A stretch of DNA of 64,000 bases, from contig NIVC01001795.1 of assembly GCA_002269645.1 (NCBI GenBank), positions 62,001 to 126,000 on the forward strand, written 5' to 3'. Shown piece by piece: positions 12,421 through 22,651 of this stretch. Positions within the stretch are counted from its first letter, which is position 1. Every line of letters begins with the position of its first letter. Made by a program: the position numbers and the translations under genes. The notes under the pieces were generated by a model, which ran no database searches, was not told the DNA's origin, and worked only from the letters and a program-made list of their open reading frames with translations. The stretch comes from Macrostomum lignano. Lineage: Eukaryota.

Positions 12421-13812
12421 TAAACATGACTGCAGGTGGATATCCCAGTGTGGTGTACATGACTGCAGATGGATGTCCCGGTGTGGTGTACATGACTGCA
12501 GGTGGATATCCCAGTGTGGTGTAAATGACTGCAGATGGATGTCCCAGTGTGGTGTACATGACTGCAGATGGATGTCCCGGTGTGGTGTACATGACTGCAG
12601 ATGGATGTCCCAGTGTGGTGTACATGACTGCAGGTGGATGTCCCAGTGTGGTGTACATGACTGCAGATGGATGTCCCAGTGTGGTGTACATGACTGCAGG
12701 TGGATGTCCCAGTGTGGTGTACATGACTGCAGATGGATGTCCCGGTGTGGTGTACATGACTGCAGGTGGATGTCCCGGTGTGGTGTACATGACTGCAGAT
12801 GGATGTCCCGGTGTGGTGTACATGACTGCAGATGGATGTCCCAGTGTGGTGTACATGACTGCAGGTGGATGTCCCAGTGTGGTGTACATGACTGCAGATG
12901 GATGTCCCAGTGTGGTGTACATGACTGCAGGTGGATGTCCCGGTGTGGTGTACATGACTGCAGGTGGATATCCCAGTGTGGTGTAAATGACTGCAGATGG
13001 ATGTCCCAGTGTGGTGTACATGACTGCAGATGGATGTCCCGGTGTGGTGTACATGACTGCAGATGGATGTCCCAGTGTGGTGTACATGACTGCAGGTGGA
13101 TGTCCCAGTGTGGTGTACATGACTGCAGATGGATGTCCCAGTGTGGTGTACATGACTGCAGGTGGATGTCCCAGTGTGGTGTACATGACTGCAGATGGAT
13201 GTCCCGGTGTGGTGTACATGACTGCAGGTGGATGTCCCGGTGTGGTGTACATGACTGCAGATGGATGTCCCGGTGTGGTGTACATGACTGCAGATGGATG
13301 TCCCAGTGTGGTGTACATGACTGCAGGTGGATGTCCCAGTGTGGTGTACATGACTGCAGGTGGATGTCCCGGTGTGGTGTACATGACTGCAGATGGATGT
13401 CCCGGTGTGGTGTACATGACTGCAGGTGGATGTCCCGGTGTGGTGTACATGACTGCAGATGGATGTCCCGGTGTGGTGTACATGACTGCAGGTGGATGTC
13501 CCAGTGTGGTGTACATGACTGCAGATGGATGTCCCAGTGTGGTGTACATGACTGCAGATGGATGTCCCGGTGTGGTGTACATGACTGCAGATGGATGTCC
13601 CGGTGTGGTGTACATGACTGCAGGTGGATGTCCCAGTGTGGTGTACATGACTGCAGATGGATGTCCCAGTGTGGTGTACATGACTGCAGATGGATGTCCC
13701 GGTGTGGTGTACATGACTGCAGATGGATGTCCCGGTGTGGTGTACATGACTGCAGATGGATGTCCCGGTGTGGTATACATGACTGCAGATGGATGTCCCG
13801 GTGTGGTGTACA
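12421..13812. repeat. 33-bp minisatellite, about 42 copies, containing a 14-unit (462-bp) higher-order duplication
   Basis: Unit TGTACATGACTGCAG[A/G]TGGATGTCCC[A/G]GTGTGG; the rare variant GTAAATGACT recurs at 12521 and 12983. Confidence 0.96.
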
Positions 13813-14342
13813 CGAGTTCGATCGTTTGAAGCTTCGTTTACTTACTGCCGGAAACTAATTAATGCAACACCTACAGACATTGTAGAAATGTACATGATTA
13901 CATACTTAGTATCGGTAATAAATATTGACGAAATACAGAAAAAATTTATAATTAAAATAGATACTGAAAAGTTTTTGTCAAAATTTAAAACAGATCTTAA
14001 CGAGCTCTACATTGATTTGAGCAATATTTGAGCAACTGAGCTGCAAGCGGTAATGTGAACTGCCGTTCAGAGGCGCCTTGTATTTCTGCATTTCTTCAAT
14101 TCTGCATTTCCATAACACCTGCCAAATTTTATTTAATATTGAAAATAAAGCCACTATATAGCTGTTATATCCTAGATTTAAACAAACTATCACATTTTCT
14201 TGGTCTGTTGTAAAAACAGTTACAAAAAAAATATCTTTGACTAATCCACACTCTCATAAACTCTCTAATGGTGCTCAGGTCTCAGGTTGTTTTGCTCAAG
14301 GCAGAGGAATTCGTGTTTGTGCTCATGGTGGATTTTAGCGAG

Positions 14343-14630
14343 GGTCACTGAAGCTGAAGGTCAGAGATGGTCACTGAAGCTGAAGGTCAGCGATGGTCAC
14401 TGAAGCTGAAGGTCAACGATGGTCACTGAAGCTGAAAGTCAGCGATGGTCACTGAAACTGAAGGTCAACGATGGTCACTGAAGCTGAAGGTCAACGATGG
14501 TCACTGAAGCTGAAGGTCAACGATGGTCACTGAAGCTGAAGGTCAACGATGGTCACTGAAACTGAAGGTCAGCGATAGTCACTGAAGCTGAAGGTAAACG
14601 CTGGTCACTGAAGCTGAAGGTCAGCGAAGG
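14343..14630. repeat. 26-bp minisatellite, left part (about 11 units), interrupted by the LTR element
   Basis: Unit GGTCACTGAAGCTGAAGGTCA[A/G]CGAT; two more units continue at 17478-17529. Confidence 0.95.
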
Positions 14631-14888
14631 TGTCGGATTTCCATCCTCCAAATATTTGTACTTTCTATTACCTTGTACTTTTCAGTTAACCGTCTCCCTT
14701 TGTCTACCATGCCTTTCCCACAGACTATCGTAACCGTTCATTTACCACAGACAATTCGGCTGGCCTGTCATTATTGTTAGTATAAATACAACTTCAACCC
14801 GCGGCTTAGGCCCTTCACTTCTTCTCTCCCCTCTCTTCCTTTCTGCACCACTTAAATCTCGTTCTATTAGTTTATTGTCTATTCGACA
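14631..14888 (+). repeat. 5' LTR with TATA box TATAAATA at 14781-14788
   Basis: TG...CA termini; direct repeat of 17217-17474. Confidence 0.96.
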
Positions 14889-14892
14889 ATTT

Positions 14893-14910
14893 TGGTAGCA
14901 GAGCGTGGTT
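14893..14910 (+). other. Primer-binding site TGGTAGCAGAGCGTGGTT, complementary to a tRNA-iMet-type 3' end
   Basis: 4 nt after the 5' LTR; TGGTAGCAGAG is the complement of the CUCUGCUACCA end of metazoan initiator tRNA-Met. Confidence 0.8.
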
Positions 14911-14913
14911 ATC

Positions 14914-17109
14914 ATGGTCATTACACGATCGACAACGGACCAATCTGGCGACCAGACCCAGCAGTCGGAGAATAACCACCTCTCAGCCTCTGCTGAAGCG
15001 ACCACTGCCGCGGAGCAGCCACCCGCCGAAAGCAGCGACCCGCCGCCAGCCGCTTCATCCGCCACGACATCCGCTCCTCCCGCTGCTCCGTCCTCAGCTC
15101 CGATCCCTGCAACAGCTCCCACTGCCTCCGTCGACGTAAACGCCCTCATCGCCTCAATGACTGCGATGATGCAGCAGAACCAGCAGCTCATTCAACAGCT
15201 CGCCGCCACCGTCCGTCCAGCCTCAACACCAACTGCCTCAACGCCCGCATCAGATGCTCACGATCCGGCCGGGCTCATCCGCTCCACCATTCACAAGAAC
15301 GTACATCTCCCGACCTTCGACGGTACGGACCCTGCTGCATTTCCGGGCTTCTGGGACGCCTTCGTCTACCGCGTTGACCGCTCCAGCCTCAACGACGTCG
15401 ACAAATTCGAGGCGCTTCGCGGTCTGCTCTCCGGCTCCGCTCTCAAGAAGCTCGGCGCCCTCAATGCCTACCAACCCAACGCCTACGCCGAGGCCTGCCG
15501 TGTCCTCCAGGCCAACTACGCCGACACACAAGAGCAAAAGAACGCCTCCTTCCAGCGTCTCCTCGCCCTTCACTGCAACTCTGCCTCCGACATAGACGAG
15601 CTCGAGACCTACACCGACGCCCTCCGACTCGCTACCGGCCAGCTCCTCCGCCTTGGCGAGCCCGCCAGCACCATCGACGGCTACGTCTACGCCCTGTGGA
15701 GCCGCCTCCCGATCGAGCTGCAGAGCGAGATCCGCAACCTTCGTGCTGCCAACGGGCAGCCTCTCATGCCAACTATGACACAGCTCCAGGGCCACCTCGA
15801 TTACAAGCTGAAGACGCTCAGAGCCGCTTCCACTACCCCGCTGGCTGTGCCCTTCGCTTCCGCCATCTTTCTGGGCAACGCCAGTTCCCAGCCGCCACAA
15901 GCCCGCAGCACCGGCAATCGCTTATCGTCGGACGCCTATCGACCTGACCCCGCTCCTTGCGCCGACATTAAATCTCGCCCAGCCGCGAAGTTAAGTTCCA
16001 CTGCCAGCCAAGAGCCCAAGAGTTCTTGTCCCTGCAGCGACGCCAGTCAGCCTATCAGCCCTAACGTACCCGCCCAAGCGCTTCGACCGACTCTCACAGC
16101 CTGCCCGACACCCTTCGGGGCCATCCTCGACGGCTCCCTCGATACCACAGCCTCTCGTCTCAACGGCTTCCTCAGCTCCTCGCAAGTGGTCATTGCGAAC
16201 ACTTTCCCTAACAACGATGGGCTCCACCTCGACCGACTTCTGGACAGCATGTCCAACCTCGAAGCTCTCGGCACGGCAAAGGATGCTGAAAGGCCCGACG
16301 CCAGGAACGACAGATCCCAGGAACGCCTGCCCGACTCCATCATGCGCGATACCGACGGTCGAATCTCCGTCGACCTGCCATTCGAACCTGGAGCCGAGCT
16401 CCTACCTTCCAACTTTGGCCAGGCCTTCGGTAGTGCTCAAGCCACCCACCGCCGCCTCAGCCTTCCCGAGCGCGAGGCCTACTACGCCGAGTTCGAGAAG
16501 CGCAAGCAAGAAGGTGTCCTGGAACGAGTCAGCCCTGGCCAGGCAGCTGGCCCAGTTATCCAGATTCTGCCGCACTTCCCAGTCATCAAGGAGAACTCCA
16601 ACATGACAAAGATCCGCCCCGTCGTCGACGCTTCTGCCAAGACCTCGCTCGCTGGCGCTACACTCAACGACCTCCTAGAGCCTGGGCCCAACCTGCTGAC
16701 CTCAATGCTTCAAGTCCTTCTAGTTCACCGCGCTCACCGGTTCAGCATCTCATCTGACCTCAAGGCCGCCTTCTACCAGATAGGTGTTCACGAGCCTCTC
16801 CGCGACGCCCTCCGCATCATCCTTCCAAAGGATATCATCAAGCCGCTAGTACAAGGCAACTTCGAGCTCTGGCGCTTCACTCGTATCGTCATGGGCGCCT
16901 CTCCCAGCCCGTGGATTCTCCTGGCGGTCCTCCACAAGATCTGCTTGGACGCAATTAACTCTGGAGATTCCGACCTCACCCGACCCGAGCTCGAGCGCAT
17001 CATCGGCGGCCTCTACGTCGACAACCTTGTCATCGGCGCTGACACCAAGGAAGATGATGCCCGTCCCGTCTGCCGGCTCGGCTTCCGGCCCGGCATTGTT
17101 ACAACCTGA
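14914..17109 (+). CDS. Truncated BEL/Pao gag-pol ORF (DUF1759-type gag + N-terminal half of RT)
   Basis: LPTFDG...FWDAF...KFEALRGLLSGSA (gag); PHFPVIKE..TKIRPVVDAS, LNDLLEPGPNLL, SDLKAAFYQI, FTRIVMGASPSP, LYVDN (Pao RT). No CCHC knuckle, D[ST]G protease, RNase H or integrase recognised. First ATG at 14914. Confidence 0.88.
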   Translation: MVITRSTTDQSGDQTQQSENNHLSASAEATTAAEQPPAESSDPPPAASSATTSAPPAAPSSAPIPATAPTASVDVNALIASMTAMMQQNQQLIQQLAATVRPASTPTASTPASDAHDPAGLIRSTIHKNVHLPTFDGTDPAAFPGFWDAFVYRVDRSSLNDVDKFEALRGLLSGSALKKLGALNAYQPNAYAEACRVLQANYADTQEQKNASFQRLLALHCNSASDIDELETYTDALRLATGQLLRLGEPASTIDGYVYALWSRLPIELQSEIRNLRAANGQPLMPTMTQLQGHLDYKLKTLRAASTTPLAVPFASAIFLGNASSQPPQARSTGNRLSSDAYRPDPAPCADIKSRPAAKLSSTASQEPKSSCPCSDASQPISPNVPAQALRPTLTACPTPFGAILDGSLDTTASRLNGFLSSSQVVIANTFPNNDGLHLDRLLDSMSNLEALGTAKDAERPDARNDRSQERLPDSIMRDTDGRISVDLPFEPGAELLPSNFGQAFGSAQATHRRLSLPEREAYYAEFEKRKQEGVLERVSPGQAAGPVIQILPHFPVIKENSNMTKIRPVVDASAKTSLAGATLNDLLEPGPNLLTSMLQVLLVHRAHRFSISSDLKAAFYQIGVHEPLRDALRIILPKDIIKPLVQGNFELWRFTRIVMGASPSPWILLAVLHKICLDAINSGDSDLTRPELERIIGGLYVDNLVIGADTKEDDARPVCRLGFRPGIVTT

Positions 17110-17216
17110 CTAAACATTTGACAGCCTTCACGAACTAAACTCGCCATTTAATCATTCTACTGTTTTTGCCGTTCAAAATCGACTCTATCCATCGTTACCT
17201 GTTGGCCCCCCGAGCC

Positions 17217-17474
17217 TGTCGGATTTCCATCCTCCAAATATTTGTACTTTCTATTACCTTGTACTTTTCAGTTAACCGTCTCCCTTTGTCTACCATGCCT
17301 TTCCCACAGACTATCGTAACCGTTCATTTACCACAGACAATTCGGCTGGCCTGTCATTATTGTTAGTATAAATACAACTTCAACCCGCGGCTTAGGCCCT
17401 TCACTTCTTCTTTCCCCTCTCTTCCTTTCTGCACCACTTAAATCTCGTTCTATTAGTTTATTGTCTATTCGACA
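17217..17474 (+). repeat. 3' LTR
   Basis: 257/258 identical to the 5' LTR by eye; followed by the TSD GAAGG. Confidence 0.96.
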
Positions 17475-17505
17475 GAAGGTCACTGAAGCTGAAGGCCAGC
17501 GATGG

Positions 17506-18977
17506 TCACTGAAGCTGAAGGTCAGCGACGCCAGTTGGCAGCCACTTCTTGTGCAGCTCATCGCGCAGCCAGCTGGGAATTCCGCCAGTCAGTCCAGCCA
17601 GCCGCTCCATCAGAGCCGTGGCTTCGGTGAAATCCATAGACAACAGAATGCCCACCTGCAATTCCTGTTCATCAGCGTCCTCTCGCTGCGCCATACCTTG
17701 GATCCGGCTAGCAACAAAGGAGCCGCCTCTAGCATCCAGTTCATCGCACAGCGCCAAAAGCAGGGCGTCAAAGTTGATGAAGAAAACCTGCGGATAGTTT
17801 CCGACATTCTGGGGGAAAATCTCTTGCACGGCTCTGGCAAGGAAGGCGAACTCAGGCCTCTTTTCAAACCGAAAGCAGAACTTCCACGCGGAGTCCCGGC
17901 TTCTCAGATGCCGCCACACGAACTCTGTAGTCGCCTCGGTCGCCGACCTCTCAGCGGACCAAGCCATGCCTCTGCTCACCGAGAGGCCTCTGCACTGACT
18001 CACGATTCTCTCTGCAGTTCCTCGGTAGCCGAACTTCAGGCACGCCAGCGCTCTGAGAGCCTCCCGAGCTGAGCGGGCGCAGTCTGGCAGTCTGGCAATC
18101 AGCTCTGTGAGCGACTCCTGAGACTGCGGGCTGCAGTCACCGCGGGAGAGACGCACCAGACACTCCCTCACTACGTCGCAAATCACGTGATACTCCAGAC
18201 TGTCAGGCTGAGGCGGCGGCGCTCTTGGTCTCAAATCAGGCAGGATTTGGAACGGGTGGAAGTAGAATATTCCTGAGTCGCTCACGGGTCTCAGACTGCT
18301 CATGAACTGCTGCAGCAGCTGAGGCAGCCGATCAATCACTGTTCTCAGTGTGCTCGCGATGCTGCCCAGAGTCTGGCCCATGCTTCCGTCTTTTCCCACT
18401 GCACCCTTGAGGTACACAGCGACGTCGCTCAGGAAGAAGTGCTCCATGATCCGGCCGTGAGCATTGTAGGGCGAGCGACTGCTCTCCACACAGCCAAGCA
18501 GCATCTGCAGAGACCTCCTCACGAGACTCACGAGGTTCTCCGTCTTCCACTGCTCGACCGGCGTCTCCTCCACCATTCGGAACGTGATGGACTTCACATG
18601 GTACGATTTAAGGCCTTGTTGGTTGAAGCCGTCCTTGCTGCAGATGACCTTCTTTACCAGGTACTTGAGAGTGACGAACAGCTGGCCTTGGAGAGTAGTG
18701 AGACTTCTGAGCATCCGCTTCTCCAGGAAGCTGGTGCTCACACGGAGCTCCTGGCCTCCTCGACCAGGAGAGGCTGCGTGCACCACGTGACAGGGCGTTG
18801 AGTCAGAAGTAGTAACCCGATGCAAGGCCTCGAGCAGCGGCTTTGGAATGTTTGAGCTCTCGAGTCGCTCTGGTTGGAGCGGCGCGATTGGCGGGTAGCA
18901 GCAGAGCCGACTGGCAGAGACGTCGTCTGTAGCCGGCTTCAATGCGGAGCCTTCAGTGGCTATGGCGGGTTTCGAAG
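17506..18977 (-). CDS. ANK-cGLR gene exon 3: Mab-21/cGAS-like core and C-terminal helical extension
   Basis: Acceptor ACATTGCAG| at 18978/18977, phase 1. Motifs DDVSASRLCCYPP, ELRVSTSFLEKRML, LKYLVK, LKSYHVKSITF, EQW and MEHFF follow the Mab-21 pattern; TGA at 17508-17506. Confidence 0.85.
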
Positions 18978-19114
18978 CTGCAATGTTGACAAATAATAAT
19001 TACATTATTGCACTCCAAAAAGATCATAAAGTAAAGCAATTACCGAGTGTCCATAGTAACTGCTTCTAAGAGTAAACATAACAGCTAAATAAGAATCGAT
19101 GGAGACAACTTTAC

Positions 19115-19458
19115 CGAATCCCGGGCACCAAATGTGACCATTGCTCATTTCATGCTGTGCGCTCTCTTCAGCGCACTCGCAGAGGCCTCTCGGATGGTAC
19201 AGCCTGCCTGGAATCAGCTTCATCACGTCAATGTCGGACTCGATGTCAGTTCGGCCGTCCAGTGTCTTCAGGCTGTTTCCCCAGCCCTCTGAGTAGCTGC
19301 CAACTACAAATATATCGGAATCGCCCACTCTCTCTCGCATGATCTCTTGCAAAGTATCGGCTGCTGCGATCTGTAGAGCAGCTCGAGATTCAACGAATCC
19401 AGACTTCGTCATCGCTGAGTGCAGGTCCTCACTGAGTTCTGGGTCGTTTAGGACGGCT
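19115..19458 (-). CDS. ANK-cGLR gene exon 2: nucleotidyltransferase active-site exon
   Basis: Acceptor CCAACAG|A (19459/19458, phase 2) and donor TTCG|GTAAAG (19115/19114, phase 1); contains FVVGSYSEG...SDIDVM (GS + DxD). Confidence 0.85.
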
Positions 19459-19673
19459 CTGTTGGTTTAGCAAAGCCAAGGTTGGAATTCAGTAACATTT
19501 TAAACTTGAAGTACTGGTATATTGGATGCATTCGGCAAATTTGTTAATTTTAAAATAAATAGACGTAAGCTAGAACATCTTTTCTGTCTGGGCCCCCACC
19601 CCAAAGACAAATTACTAACAAATTATAAAACGTTTTTGTTGGCATACTGTTCTAAAGTATCCACATGACTCAC

Positions 19674-21304
19674 TGACGATCAGAAATCGCAGGTTCAGTC
19701 TGCCAAGTGAGTTTTTCCGAACTCAAATCGTTGTCATACTCGTAGTATGCTTTAGTTAGCGTCAGCACGACATCCTGATGACCATTCTGCACTGCAATGT
19801 ACAGAGGCGAATCGGCAGCGCCTTCTTCAACATTGTAGTCTGCCCGCGCCCTGATGAGGGAGTTAACGACGTTCACGCGCCCATTTTGCGATGCGATGTA
19901 AATTGGAGACTGTCCAGAGTTTCGTTTGAGATTGACGTTTGCTTGCGCTTTGATGAGCGAGCCCACAACTTCCTGATGTCCAAGCTGAGATGCGATGTAG
20001 AGAGGCGAGCCTCCTTGGTTTTGCTGGAGATTCACGTCTGCTTGGGCTTCGATGAGGGAGTCCACCATTGCCAGATCTCCGTTCTGTGAAGCAATGTAGA
20101 GAGGCGACTCCCCAGTGTGTCGCTGAAGAGAAACATCCGCTTGCGCTCTGATGAGGGACTCCACAATTTGCTGGTGGCCAGTTTGTGATGCAATAAATAG
20201 AGGCGACTCGCCCATGTCTCTTTGAAGATTGACGTCCGCTTGAGCCTTGATTAGAGAGGCTACAACTTTTTGGTGACCGTTTTGTGATGCAGCAAACAGA
20301 GGGGAGCCTCCTTGGTTTTGCTGCAGATTAACATCGGCCCCTGCTTTGATCAGAGAGTCTACTATTTGCTGGTGACCACGGCTCGCCGCGACAATGAGGG
20401 GCGAGTCACCGGTGCTTCTTTGAAGATTGACATCAGCTTGCGCTTTGACAAGGGAGTCAATAACTGCCTGGTGACCATTTTGTGATGCTATTAGCAGAGA
20501 AGACTCGCCCGTTCTTCTTTGAATATTTACATCCGCTTGTGCCTTTATAAGAGAATCAACGATTCGACAGTCTCCATTCTGCGATGCGATGTACAGGGAC
20601 GACTCGCCAATGCTTCCTTGAAGATTGACGTCGGCTCCAGCATTGATGAGTGAGTCCACGACTCTTTGATGACCATTCTGTGATGCGATAAAGAGAGGCG
20701 GGCACCCATCTGCTTGTTGAAGATTGACGTCCGCTTGCGCTTCGATTAGTGAATCCACAACTCGATAGTGACCGTGCTCGGATGCAGAGTAGAGAGCTGT
20801 CTCTCCGTTGCTCGGTTGAAGATTGACGTCGGCTTGCGCTTTAATGAGCAAGTCCACAACCGTTTTATAACCTTCCTGTGCAGCGACAAAGAGCGGGAAA
20901 GTGCCAGCAACATTTTCCTGAAGGTTCACATCGGCTTGGGCTTTGATGAGAGAGTCCACGATTTGCTCGCGTCCATGCAGTGACGCCATGTAAAGAAGCG
21001 AGCAGCCGTTCGCATTCTGAAGATTGACGTCCACATGGGCAGCTACGAATAAATCTAAAACTCGTTGCTTTCCAAGCCTGCAGGCCAGGTGCAGGGGCGA
21101 AAGTCCGTGCCCGAGTATTGTAATCAGTCGGTTCACGTTTGCTGACTTTTGCAGGTATCGATTGATCACTTCCTCGTTCTCCGTGACCACGGCTTGCATG
21201 ATTTCCATGTCGGTAACATCCGAGCTCTGGCCGTCAGTGCCGCCCACGGCTTGCATCAGAACTGCAACTGCTGCTCTCAGAACGCTGCTACATAGCGACT
21301 CCAT
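19674..21304 (-). CDS. ANK-cGLR gene exon 1: 14 clear ankyrin repeats plus 1 degenerate
   Basis: 33-aa repeats GxSPLxIASQNGHxxVVxSLIxAQADVNLQ. The ORF's own stop overlaps a consensus donor CA|GTGAGT (19674/19673), phase 2. First ATG at 21304; a later Met at 21256 is possible. Confidence 0.88.
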
Positions 21305-22136
21305 GGGACCAAAAAGACTCAGGACGAAAAATAAATACAATATTAGAAAGCTACGAGTAGACGGTGTAAACTTGTCCAGCTCTTACTGCTTTTAGTTTCG
21401 TGGCCGCGTCTCTCTAGCTTTCGACTCAATACTTAACGCAGTAGCGATTCAGTGTACTCGCAAGACATGAATAAGCGCTTTATCGGGTAGGCTTTCTAGC
21501 AGAGCGTTTGTGCAGCTGTAGCTATTATTAGCGCAATCATTTGCACTGTCCGCTTAGCGACGCGCCAACCAGTACACCGGAGCATAGAGATTTGGGCGTG
21601 GACTTTGCATTGAGTTTCAGCCCTAACCCTTTGACTGCAGGCAAAAAGCGCAAAACACTAGAGGTAGAAACTCTTTTACAGTCTGTAGAATGTTTTCAAT
21701 GTACACAACCAACGGTACTCAATGTCCCTAAATCACTGGGCGTCAATATTGTCAGACGAAAGCAGATGAGGTCTAGTCCAGATATTAACTTTCTTTCCAC
21801 TGTCAAAAGACACAAGACACATGTCAGGTCCAAAAGACAACTACAAGTTACCTATGTAAAAGTTGTCAACGGTCATTGCTGGTATGTGTTTGACTGGAGG
21901 CTGATCTACAAGTTGCAATGTTTATCAAGTGCTTGAAATGAAGATTTTTTCTCTGTCATTGACTGTCATTTAATGCGACAGCAACATCCCGATACAGCCG
22001 TGACATCCAGTGGCCCTTGGCGCCTAATTTCTAAACTAGCCATCAATTTTCATGCAAAGTTTCAGTTTAACCAAATCAATTCGTTAAAGAAGCCGATCGG
22101 AAATAAGATTTCGAATAGCTGTCAGACATGCGGCTA

Positions 22137-22142
22137 TTTATT
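22137..22142 (-). terminator. Candidate poly(A) signal AATAAA for the protocadherin
   Basis: TTTATT on +, about 500 nt downstream of the stop; position only. Confidence 0.3.
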
Positions 22143-22651
22143 TCTCTTCATTTATAAACACGATGTGCTGTAAGCACAATTATTGCTATAAAAGACTCAA
22201 TTTAACAATCAAGAAAGCTGAATTCACAAAAAGCAAAGAGTGCCACGTCGCGTGTGTAAACTTGTGCACAACAACTTTGATTACGGTTACGAAATTAGAC
22301 TGACTGAGAATAAAATCATTAGTTTACAGTTAATTTGCCCATAAATTCGAAGATCTATGGCTTTGAGAACACAGATTCGCAGATGACTAATTTGAATATC
22401 AGGGCAGCAATAGAGTCCGCCTGCTTCGGATTCTGTACATAATTCACGATTCGATTTGATCTGCTGTTGAATGCATTGCAATTGCGATTTCTTAGTCTGA
22501 CATACTACTCATTGTTATAGTAGTAAGCTGCAGTAGTAGTACATGCGCGACATGCTACTGAGCTAAGCTGAGAGAGGTAGTAGTCACTTGCAGACGCTTG
22601 CTTTCAATTAATCTTAGGCGGCAAAGGGACAGTCAGGAGCTGACTAAGAGA

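Larger units (their letters stand above)
14631..17474 (+). mobile_element. BEL/Pao LTR retrotransposon, internally deleted, very recent insertion
   Basis: 258-bp LTRs at 14631-14888 and 17217-17474 (TGTCG...CGACA, one C/T mismatch); 5-bp TSD GAAGG at 14626-14630 and 17475-17479; primer-binding site at 14893; gag and RT motifs of BEL/Pao type. Confidence 0.95.

Noticed and set aside
12380-13858. 467-492-aa repeat ORFs, and those over other satellites (4019-4772, 32931-33912, 40655-41774, 44431-45107, 50168-50930, 61724-62311, 62537-63499)
   Set aside because: Simple translations of tandem repeats, open in several frames and on both strands.
17506-19458. Bacterial CBASS/CD-NTase operon or contamination
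   Set aside because: GT-AG introns, a metazoan Mab-21 motif set and eukaryotic neighbours.
19670-21340. Stand-alone 556-aa ankyrin protein and separate Mab-21 genes
   Set aside because: The track start is TTG, the stop overlaps a consensus donor, and the NTase motifs are split over two ORFs that splice in phase.
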